A model generated the notes under the pieces. That model was not told the DNA's origin, made no database searches, and saw only the letters and a program-made list of their open reading frames with translations. Of a stretch of DNA of 64,000 nucleotides, positions 54,162-64,000 are shown one piece after another. A program made the translations under genes and the position numbers. Every line of letters begins with the position of its first letter. Position 1 is the stretch's first letter. The DNA is from an uncultured Phycisphaerales bacterium (GTDB taxonomy: Bacteria > Planctomycetota > Phycisphaerae > Tepidisphaerales > Tepidisphaeraceae), in assembly GCA_963844715.1 (NCBI GenBank), contig CAWJPJ010000008.1, positions 800,001-864,000 of the forward strand, in the 5' to 3' direction.

Positions 54162-57100
54162 ATGAAGTCACTCAACTTCGAATTTCTTTCCTCAAGCTGG
54201 CCGGACTTAGCCGGCCTTGGCAGCTTTGCCGAGCAATACGCAATTCCAGACCCCTCTCACGCCGCAGTAAAGCTCCGCGCCTTCGCCGAACAGATCGTCG
54301 CCTTCATTTTTCACACGCACAAATTACCCCCAATTCCGCGAGCTAATCTAAATGACCTTCTGGAAACTCATTCGTTCCAACAAACCGTTCCGCGTGTCAT
54401 CCTCACGAAGCTGCACGAACTTCGAATAACTGGCAACCATGCCGCTCACGGCGCCGAAGTCAAAAGTCGACAGGTGCTGTATTTGCTCAAGGAAGCATAT
54501 GATTTGGGATGTTGGCTCAGCATGACTTATGCGGGCACAACAAAAGCCCAGCTTCCGTCCTTTACTGATCCGCTAACGACGCCTGGCGCCGACTCCAAGG
54601 AGCAACTCAAACGCGAGAAGAAAGCCGTGCTTGAGAAGCTAGCCGCCGCCGAAGCGCAGATGCAGCAGCTTTTATCCGAATTGGAAGCGACTCGCGGCAG
54701 GGCCACGGCGGCTGAAGCCAGCGCGGCGGAGCTGCAAGCTTCTGTGGAGGCAGGGCACAAGGCCGTTACGCGCTCTTGATTTCGACGAGGCCACTACTCG
54801 CCGTCGCCTGATCGACACGATGTTGCTGACTGCGGGCTGGGATGTCGATCCTGATGGTGGCTCGACTGCACAAGTCGGTCAGGAAATTGCGGTCGATGGT
54901 CAACCCACGGACACGGGAAAGGGTTGCGTTGATTATGTCCTTTGGGAAGATGAAACCGGCAAGCCGTTGGCGGTGATCGAGGCCAAGAAAACCGCCAAAA
55001 ACGCCGAAGAAGGCCGAACGCAAGCGAAGCTGTACGCCGACGCCCTTGAGAAGAAGCACGGCCAGCGTCCGGTCATTTTCTACACTAACGGGTTTGAAAC
55101 GACGCTCTGGAACGATGCCGACGGTGAACCACCGCGCCGGGTATATGGCATCTATGCCAAAGACAGCCTGCGCTATGTGTTCTTCAAGCGTTCTTCCCGG
55201 CAGCCCGCCACCGCTGTGCACGCGGATGCCAACATCACGGACCGAACGTATCAGATCGAAGCGGTAATGAGGGTTATCGAACGCTTTGCCGCCAAGCATC
55301 GCAAGGGGCTTATCGTACAGGCCACTGGCACCGGAAAAACTCGCGTCGCTATCTCATTGGCCGCATCTTTGATTCGGGCCAATTGGGCAAAGCGAGTGCT
55401 ATTCCTATGCGACCGGCGCGAGCTTCGGAAGCAAGCGTCCAACGCGTTCAAAGACTTTTTGCCGAGCGAGCCGCGGACGGTCGTTACGACGGATACAGCT
55501 CAAGACCGCGAATGCCGGATTTACCTGGCAACCTACCCGGCCATGTCGAAAGTCTTTGAGACCTTCGATGTTGGATTCTTTGACCTCATCATCGCCGACG
55601 AATCTCATCGGAGCATTTACAACCGTTACCGAGATATCTTTCTTTACTTCGATGCGTTGGAGGTTGGCCTGACCGCGACCCCGGTCGATTACATCGCCCG
55701 CAACACCTTTACGCTGTTCAATTGCGAGAACCAGGACCCAACATCGAATTTCACCTTCAACGAGGCGATCAATCACGTTCCCCCTTATCTCGTTCCATTC
55801 AAAGTCCAACGAGTCACAACGGCCTTCCAGCGTGACGGTATTCACTACTCCCAAATGAACGACGATCAGCGGAAGCAATTGGAGGAGGACGAGGTCGAAC
55901 CGGATCGAATCGAATTTAATCCGCACCAGGTCGACAGTCAGGTCTTTAACAAGGACACCAACCGGCACATCCTTCGCAACCTCATGGAACGAGGAATCAA
56001 GGTCAAAGACGGCCAGCAGATCGGCAAGTCCATCATCTTCGCCCGCAATCACAATCATGCGGTATTGCTTCAAAACCTCTTTGACGAAATGTATCCGCAG
56101 TACGGAGGCAAGTTTTGCCGCGTCATAGACAACTATGACCCTCGCGCCGAGGAGTTGATCGACGACTTCAAAGGATTGGGAACCAATCCCGACCTGACCA
56201 TTGCGATTTCCGTGGACATGCTCGATACGGGCATTGACGTACCGGAAGTCGTGAACCTTGTTTTCGCCAAGCCCGTCTATTCCTACGTTAAATTCTGGCA
56301 GATGATCGGTCGTGGCACTCGCCTGTGCAAAGACCTGTTGGGTGCCAGCAAGGATAAGACTCACTTCCTCGTCTTCGATCACTGGAATAATTTCAGTTAC
56401 TTCGACGAAAGCTATGAGCCTGCCGAGCCTTCTAACGGCAAGCCATTGCTTCATCGCTTGTTTGACGCCCGGCTGATTTTGGCCGAAACGGCTCTATCCA
56501 AGCCTGACATTTGCGTTTTCGAGTTGGCTGCAGCGTTGATTACCAAAGACATTGCCGATCTTCCCGAAAAGACCGTATCCGTGCGCGAGAAATGGCGGCA
56601 GGTGATTGTGGTAAAGAACCCCGAAGTGATCCGGCAATTTGAGCCGGCCACACTGGTCGCACTTCGGCAAGACATTGCCCCCCTGATGCAATGGCGCGAT
56701 ATCGCCGGCGATGAATCAGCGTATATCTTTGATCTACTGATTTGCCGACTTCAAACCGAGCTATTGCGGCAATCAGCGCGATTCGATGACCTTAAAGCCC
56801 AACTTCTGGCGATTCTCGACGATCTAGTAATGCACCTTTCCCAGGTCAAGGCGAAGGCTGACACGATCGCTTCGCTCCGCACGCAAGCATTTTGGGATCA
56901 GGTAACAGTCGCCTCACTCGAAAATGTGCGAACCGAACTTCGCGGGATTGTTCGCCACCGATCCCAAATCTCCACTCCTCGTGTTCCGCCAAAAGTCATT
57001 GACGTGAAGGAAGACGAATCGCTGATCGAGCGCAGGGACTACAAGCCCAAACTCGAAGGTCTGGACTTGGCCGCGTATCGGAAGCGCGTGGAGCAGGCGC

Positions 57101-57561
57101 TATCAAGCCTCTTTACAAACAATCCGACGCTACAGCGAATCAAGGCTGGTCAGCCGGTTTCTGAGACGGATTTGAAAACACTCGTTTCCTTGGTCCTCAC
57201 TCAGTATCCGGACCTCGACTTGACCGACCTCACCGAATACTTTCCGGAAACCGCCGGCCATCTCGACATGGCCATTCGCACCATCATCGGCTTGGACGCC
57301 CAGACCGTCGATCAGGTGTTTCAAGGTTTCGTCCGCAAGCATCGTCTGAACTCAATGCAAATTCGATTCCTGACCCTGCTTCAGAATCACATTGCTCGCT
57401 ACGGGTCGATAGAATTGGAACGGCTTTACGATGCTCCGTTTACTTCGGTCCATACCGAGGGCCTTGACGGCGTGTTCCCCGAGAACGCCCAGGTGGACGA
57501 ATTGATGTCTCTAATCAAAAAGTTCAGCCCTTCGGGGCCAAAGGATAGCGCCATAGCATGA
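54162..57561 (+). CDS. hsdR: Type I restriction enzyme HsdR with DUF4145-like N-terminus (frameshift near 54770)
   Basis: VDYVL..IEAKK nuclease, [36 protein letters not shown]; EcoEI-like C-terminus. Confidence 0.92.
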
Positions 57562-59093
57562 TTACCGGCACGCTAAAGAACCGTATGGATCAGCTTTGGA
57601 CGGAATTTTGGACGGGTGGCATCACGAACCCACTCACCGTCATCGAGCAAATCTCCTATCTCATGTTCATTCGTATGATGGACATGCGAGAGACTCGACG
57701 CGAGAAAGCCGCTGCGCGCACAGGCAAACCATTTCAGGGCATCTATACCGGCCCAGACGACCCCCGTCGCTGGCACAATCTCGTTCACATGCCCGGCGAC
57801 CAGCTTCTCGAAACAGTTGACCAGAAGGTCTTCAAACAAATCCGCGAATTGGCTGTGAAAGACACGATCTTCGGCCAATACCTGGCCGACGCTCAGCTCA
57901 TGGTTCGCAAGCCTAGCTTGCTCGTCAAAGCCGTCGAAATGATCGAGGCCTTTCCCCTAGCCACGAGCGACACTAAGGGCGACCTGTACGAATATCTTCT
58001 CTCCAAGCTCACAACGGCTGGCATCAACGGCCAGTTCCGCACGCCGCGACACATCATCCGCATGATGGTGGATCTTGTCGAACCGCAGCCCACATGGCGC
58101 ATCGGCGACCCCGCTTGCGGAACCGCCGGCTTCCTTGTCGCTGCCATGGATTATCTCCTTGAGCACAATACATCCCCAAAGGGCATTCTTACGGAGAAGA
58201 TCAACGGCGACACGGTCAAAGTGTTCTCCGGCGATCTGCTGGAGCCTTACCGAAAGCACATCCAGAACGACATGTTCTTCGGCTTCGATTTCGACGTGAC
58301 CATGCTCCGCATCGCCGCAATGAACATGATGCTCCACGGCGTGGAGAATCCCATCATTCGTTACCAGGATACGCTGTCCAACGGATTCCCTGACAACAAA
58401 CAGCACGGCCAGTGCGCCGAGAATTTCTTTGATGCGATTCTCGCCAACCCCCCATTCAAAGGCAGCCTCGATTCCACCGATGTGCACCCTTCCCTCACTG
58501 GCAAGGTCAAAACCCGAAAGACGGAATTACTGTTTTTGGTTCTCATGCTCCGCATGCTCAAGCTGGGCGGCCGCTGCTCGGTAATTGTGCCCGATGGCGT
58601 CCTGTTTGGCTCAAGCTCCGCCCACATCGCATTGCGAAAACTACTGGTCGAAGAAAACCAGTTGCAAGCCGTCATCAAACTTCCCGCTGGCGTGTTCAGG
58701 CCATACGCAGGTGTTTCGACAGCCGTGCTGATGTTCACAAAAGGCGGCCAGACGAACGATGTTTTCTTTTACGACGTGCAAGCCGACGGTTTCTCCCTCG
58801 ACGACAAGCGTGACTCCATAAAGGAAAGCGACCTTCCCGACGTTCGTCTGCAATGGAAGAAGTGGGCCGATGGCAAGGGAAAAAAGCATTTTGCCGACCG
58901 CACCGGTAAGGCGTTCTTCGTGACCGCCAATGACATCCGAGACAATGGATACGATCTTTCGATCAACCGCCACAAGGAAGTCGTGCACGAGGAATTGAAG
59001 CACGATCCACCAAAGGTAATTCTCAAACGCCTTCGCAAATTGGAAGAGGAAATTGCTAAAGACCTGAGCGAACTGGAGGGAATGCTGAAGTGA
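57558..59093 (+). CDS. hsdM: Type I RM methyltransferase HsdM
   Basis: [33 protein letters not shown]. Confidence 0.95.
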   Translation: MITGTLKNRMDQLWTEFWTGGITNPLTVIEQISYLMFIRMMDMRETRREKAAARTGKPFQGIYTGPDDPRRWHNLVHMPGDQLLETVDQKVFKQIRELAVKDTIFGQYLADAQLMVRKPSLLVKAVEMIEAFPLATSDTKGDLYEYLLSKLTTAGINGQFRTPRHIIRMMVDLVEPQPTWRIGDPACGTAGFLVAAMDYLLEHNTSPKGILTEKINGDTVKVFSGDLLEPYRKHIQNDMFFGFDFDVTMLRIAAMNMMLHGVENPIIRYQDTLSNGFPDNKQHGQCAENFFDAILANPPFKGSLDSTDVHPSLTGKVKTRKTELLFLVLMLRMLKLGGRCSVIVPDGVLFGSSSAHIALRKLLVEENQLQAVIKLPAGVFRPYAGVSTAVLMFTKGGQTNDVFFYDVQADGFSLDDKRDSIKESDLPDVRLQWKKWADGKGKKHFADRTGKAFFVTANDIRDNGYDLSINRHKEVVHEELKHDPPKVILKRLRKLEEEIAKDLSELEGMLK

Positions 59094-60301
59094 TAGCGAC
59101 TCCCTCAATAACTTGGGAGGATCGCGCTTTAGGCGAAATCGCCGAGATCGACCGCGATGGCGTTGCACAGAGTCAATCGACGATGGCACGTTTTACGTCG
59201 GCCTAGAGCACATAACTGGCGAAGGTCAAATCGTTGGAGCTCGGCAGGTTGCCACTGGGGACTTGGCGAGCACTAAATTCCGCTTTGGCGACAGTCACAT
59301 CCTTTACGGCAAACTGCGGCCGTATCTATGTAAGATTGCTCGCCCAGGCTTTGCAGGCGTGTGTAGCACCGATATTCTACCGATTCTCCCCGGCCCGAAG
59401 GTTGATCGCGGATATCTATTTCACTTTCTTCGACATCCCCGGATCGTAGCTTGGGCAACCGCGCGATGCGAGGGCGCGAATCTTCCAAGGCTCAGTCCAA
59501 AGAAGCTGGACACGCTGTCTGTTCCATTGCCCCATCCAGGTGATCCAGAGCGGAGTCTAGCCGAGCAGGAGCGAATCGCTGCCGTTTTGGATAGGGCCGA
59601 TGCCATCTGCCGCAAGCGACAAGAGGCGCATCGAAGTGGTTAGAGGTCTAAGCAACAGCTTATTCCAAGACCTGTTCGTCAACTATCTAAGACTACCAAT
59701 TTCCGAAATGCCTCGGCTTGGCAATCCAGAGCTTTCAGATATAGCGTCTGGTGTCACCAAGGGGCGACGCTTCAACGGTCAACCAACAGTCATCGTGCCA
59801 TATATTCGCGTTGCGAATGTCCAGGACGGCTATCTTGACCTCAATGAGATCAAGACAATTGAGGCGCTTCCTTCCGATGTAGAGGCGCTCCGTTTGCAAC
59901 CCGGAGACGTGCTAATGACCGAAGGGGGCGACTTTGACAAGCTGGGCCGCGGCGCACTTTGGGAAGCCGATATTCTGGACTGCATCCACCAGAATCACGT
60001 CTTTCGAGTTCGATGCAACCGAAAGAATCTTCTACCCGTGTACCTGGCTCATTACATCCGCACCGAACTCGCCAAAGGATACTTTCTCCGATGTGCCAAG
60101 AAGACCTCCAACCTAGCCAGCATGAACATGACTCAATTGAAGGCCACTCCGGTTGCTTGTCCGCCAATGGAGTTGCAGAAGCGATTCACTACCGAAGTGA
60201 AAAACATCGACGACCTCAAGCGCCAACAAGGTACCGCTGTCCGTGATTCGGAAGCGCTTTTCAATTCCTTAGTTAATCGAGCCTTTGCAGGGGGACTATA
60301 G
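59090..60301 (+). CDS. hsdS: Type I RM specificity subunit HsdS (frameshifts)
   Basis: Two TRDs ([19 protein letters not shown]) with conserved [10 protein letters not shown] and [15 protein letters not shown] repeats. Confidence 0.88.
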
Positions 60302-60302
60302 C

Positions 60303-61124
60303 TTGGCCGTCCAAACGCAAAATCGAATTGCGGCGTTTTCCGCCCAGCATTTGGAGGCAATCAGCCGCGTGCTGGCAGACACGGAGACCGGGCTGACGGG
60401 TTCGGAGATTGGCCATCTCCTTTCAGATTGCCGAATCAATGATCCTGACCCAGCCATGACGAAATGGAAGCGGCTTTACAATGCATTTGTCGGCTTCCAG
60501 AACAAGAACCATATTGGGAATCACGTAGTCGTGTTTATTGGACGGGCAATGAATCCAGCCAGCTATACTTCCCGCCCGGATGTTTTCCGCCTTCGCCGCG
60601 ACAACCTAAACGCCGTACTCGCATTCTGTGGAATGCATCTTCGAGAAGACGGCAAGGTGCAGCGAACTGATCGGGCCTCCACAATTAACCAGGCATTGGA
60701 GCGGGCCGATCGCCTTCGGGCTGCCTTGACGCTCAGGAACGTACATGCCGACGTCCTCAAATTTTGCACGGCAGAATTACTCGATGAGAATTTCTTCCAC
60801 GCCGTCTTCGAGGCGATGAAAAGCATCACGGCCAAGCTGCGACAAACGAGTGGCCTCACCAATGACGGCGCCGATCTGGTACACGATGCCTTTGGTGACC
60901 GCTATGGCACGCCACTCCTGGCGATCAACTCTTACGACAGCGAAACTCTTGTTATGGAACAGCGTGGATTTGTCAGCCTTTTGAAGGGGCTGTATGGGAC
61001 GATTCGGAACCCGCTAGCCCATGATGCAAGAATCGAATGGGAAATGGATGAGCAAGATGCTCTGGATATTCTGACCATGATATCGCTCGTACACAGGAAG
61101 CTGGATAAAGCCCGTCGGCTATAA
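60303..61124 (+). CDS. TIGR02391 family protein with AbiJ-like N-terminal domain
   Basis: GLTGSEI..TKWKRLYNAF N-domain; FHAVFEAMK, GLTNDGADL, IRNPLAH (RxxxxH HEPN-like). Confidence 0.75.
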   Translation: MAVQTQNRIAAFSAQHLEAISRVLADTETGLTGSEIGHLLSDCRINDPDPAMTKWKRLYNAFVGFQNKNHIGNHVVVFIGRAMNPASYTSRPDVFRLRRDNLNAVLAFCGMHLREDGKVQRTDRASTINQALERADRLRAALTLRNVHADVLKFCTAELLDENFFHAVFEAMKSITAKLRQTSGLTNDGADLVHDAFGDRYGTPLLAINSYDSETLVMEQRGFVSLLKGLYGTIRNPLAHDARIEWEMDEQDALDILTMISLVHRKLDKARRL

Positions 61125-61142
61125 GTATTCGACCTCTAATGC

Positions 61143-62820
61143 GTGAGATTGAACATGATCACTGCAATCGAAATCGAGAACTTCAAAGGCTTTTCCCACC
61201 GGCAACGAATCGAGTTGCGCCCATTGACGTTGCTTTACGGTGCAAACTCTGCCGGCAAGAGCAGCGTCTTTGACGCGATTCACTACGTCCGCGAGGTGAT
61301 CGAACGTAGCAACCTTGATGCCCAACAAGTCATTGGCGGCGGGGACATGGTCGATTTAGGCGGCTTTGACACGATGGTGCACAATCACACGCCGGGCACA
61401 GTAATAAAGCTGCGGATCGACATTGGATTTCTTCCTCCAGGATTCAGCGCGAGCCTCCTCGCAAGCGAAGACGATCCGCAGGTTGTCAGTTGGATCGCAA
61501 ATCGCGCTCGTGATGGTTGGATCGAATTTCACGTCGTTCGCAATGGTCCACCAATCGTGTCGCACTACGAAATGGGTCTCAACGGAAGCCGGCTTCTCGC
61601 ATCTGATACTTCTGCCGATGGTTCTCAAGCCACGCTGACTATGGACGCGGATCATTCCATTTTCCGATTGCCCGATTCCGCTTCCAACGACGTGCCGCCT
61701 TTTATCCAGGAGCTTATTAAGAGATTTGAGGGAAACGAATCATCGATGCCCTCGAACCTGATTCGCCTCTTCTTGACGGCTGAAGACGACATGCCAGCGC
61801 CATTACCTCCCTTGCTTGAAGGTCAGGTATGGACCGTCGCTGGTGATGCATTGCCGCGAACGAACTCGGCTGAGCTAATCCGGTTAAAGCAAGCCATGGC
61901 TGAAATGCCTGAAAACAACTCAGGGCGCGTCGTACTGGGCGCTCGTTTTGAAATTTCTTCAGGAGCCACTTTCGCTGCTCCGACAGGCTCTAAACCGCGT
62001 TGGTTATCTCGGTCCGGTCCGAAAGAAGCCTGGGCGTGGATTCTCGATTGAAAAAATGGTTCCGAACACGGCGCGCGAAGCATGTGGGCTCTCCACCTGG
62101 GATTGGTTGGGGCAAGCGACTGCTGAGGAACTCGCTGAATTCAATCGCTTCATGCACTCAGAAGACCCGCGTTCACTCAAGACCGGCTATGTCATCCAAT
62201 TGAGACAATATAAGGAGCTCGACTTGGCCAGCCGATTGATGGCCGATCTTGCCGCCGGACGGGTGTTTGAAGACGTTGATCTTCGAGACGCGCTTAATTC
62301 CCTTCCCACACGGACGCAGGTGTTACTTAGGGATGAGACATCGGGACAGGGTATGCTCCTGCACCCCGAGGACGTGGGTGAAGGCGTATCCCAACTCGTC
62401 CCCGTGATTGGGATCACCCTTGGCCGACAGCACGACTTACTTATGACCGAGCAGCCCGAACTCCACGTGCACCAGACCATCCAAGCCAATCTCGGCGATG
62501 TTTTCCTTTATCGCGTCGAGCGCAGCATGGATGAATTTAACCGACTGGACGACCTTGCTCCGCTACGATGGCCCGTTCGTCAGCTCGTAGAGACTCACAG
62601 CGAACCGCTTCTTCTTCGAGTAATGCGCCGCATTCGCCAGCAAACGAAAGACAAGAAGGAATCGGCGATCAAACCCGAGGACGTTCGCATTTATTTTTTT
62701 TCAAGGAAGGATGACTCTATTCGGGTGATTCCAATCGATGTGACGCCACAGGGCGATCTCACCCAACCTTGGCCCGATGAGCAGTTCGAGGTCGACTTTG
62801 CTGAGAGGTTCGCCCGATGA
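61143..62820 (+). CDS. ABC-type (AAA_15/AAA_21) ATPase with DUF3696-like C-terminus (frameshift near 61945)
   Basis: IENFKGF, YGANSAGKSS, DVGEGVSQ, EQPELHVH, VETHSE, C-terminal GDLTQPWP. Confidence 0.82.
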
Positions 62821-63787
62821 TTTGCGAGTTTGCTCTGACACCCGAAATCTTTTCGTCTGATGCCCATGCTGATCGTGAGCTGTGGCTGTCGAGCGTTCGC
62901 GATTTCGTTGCGGCCCTGTTTCCGAAGACGAATCAACTACCAGCATGCATATCTAATTTGTACGATGGCGGTTGGGAAAGCGAAGCCGGAAAACTCGCTG
63001 TTGCAAGTGCTCCCGAAATCCGCGGTGATGTGGCCAAACTACTGAGCCGCCTCCAAGACCTGCTCGTAAAGCGCGATCCTGTCGGAGACTGGCCTGGCGA
63101 CGAAGACGCATGGGCCATGGAGGCGTCTTTGTGTTCTGCTCGACAGCTACAAATCAGCCAAATCTGGGCGAGCAACGAGTGTTGTGGACGGTTGGGCGGC
63201 CATAATTTTGCGACTTTACATGATGTTTCATATCCGGCACGTTGGAACGATTTCCGCCCCACCCGCAGAATCCCCTTGACCGTTGGTGACCAACTGGCCG
63301 CCTTGCGCATGCTGACATTTCATTCCAGTTGGTTGGCTTACATCGACCCCTACATCCATGGTTCGACTGCCGATGACGAGCTAGAGCTGGCGTTAGCGTT
63401 TTGACTCAAATGCGGGCTAGGCCTCGCACCACACCTGTGCTTCTCGACATTCACACTGACGACGCGATAAATCCAACAAACGTTCTTGCCAATATCAACC
63501 GGCGACTTCCGGCCGCCGATCCTTCCTTCCAGATTCGCGCGTTCTTTTGGCCGAGAAAGATGCTGGAGCGGTATGTGCTGGCGGGCGAAGTTAATGCTTC
63601 GGCGGCTAACTTGCGGCAGCAACGAGTTCGTTGGGGCGTGGGCATGGGGCATGTGGCCCGAGACAATGCCAATGCTCGAAACGTAACGCCAGTTACTTGG
63701 TCTCTCCTGCCTAGATCGGAAGTTCCAGGGCTGTTTGCCGAATACTACTCCACAACAGCCCCCACGTTGATTCAGCGAATTCGCTGA
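62817..63787 (+). CDS. Hypothetical protein coupled to the ATPase (frameshift near 63400)
   Basis: ATGA overlap with ATPase; IDPYI and LERYVL motifs reminiscent of degenerate PLD/MIT-C-like fold. Confidence 0.55.
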
Positions 63788-64000
63788 ATCACGCGACCAA
63801 CGCGCCTCGACCAGATCTGCTTACTTTCCTGGCGAACGTACCGCGCCGAAAATGGCAGGATTGCCAAGACTTTACATGACGACAGGCGTTCCTCTCGCCG
63901 TCCTCGCTGCGTTTGTAACCATTCATAGTTCCACAGGTTTCCAGACGATGTCCCGACGTGGCAATGACCGACGGACACGAAAGTCTAAGGTCGCCTGCCT

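Larger units (their letters stand above)
4499..64000. mobile_element. tRNA-Met-integrated ICE/genomic island with Tn4371-like backbone; right end outside window
   Basis: Integrase adjacent to tRNA 3' end; xis, DUF2840, traF, parB, ssb, relaxase, traG, trbB and multiple defence cargo genes. Confidence 0.85.

Overview
Bases 1-4.4 kb are host chromosome: an RND efflux permease with its periplasmic adaptor, a small membrane ORF and an initiator tRNA-Met (4425-4498). Directly after the tRNA, a large integrative element begins and runs past the end of the window; no attR copy was found. Its backbone resembles Tn4371-type ICEs: tyrosine integrase, excisionase-like HTH, two CI/LexA-like repressors, DUF2840-traF, DUF932-ssb-parB, VirD2-like relaxase, traG and trbB. 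No trbC-I genes are present in the window. Cargo includes a DUF4365(DREN)-APAZ + short Argonaute pair (SPARDA-type), a type III-like RM with a RelE-UvrD helicase, imuABC, an MntR/MntH manganese module and a SRAP fragment. Nested mobile elements are an IS110 and two RIT (recombinase-in-trio) elements, one of which splits parB. The window ends in a defence operon (coiled-coil nuclease, type I RM, TIGR02391 protein, ABC-ATPase plus partner). Main observations read from the DNA: (1) an RtcR/CARF-like sigma54 activator sits between two outward-facing -24/-12 promoters, one before a DUF3892 gene and one before that defence operon; (2) the IS110 left end contains guide segments matching its own donor junction and target, i.e. 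a readable bridge RNA; (3) a (G/T)AAC-N7-(G/T)AAC motif is shared by the xis, DUF2840/traF and imuABC promoters. Single-base indels occur in many genes, including the host RND gene, and are most likely uncorrected long-read errors. Family assignments come from recognised motifs, not database searches.
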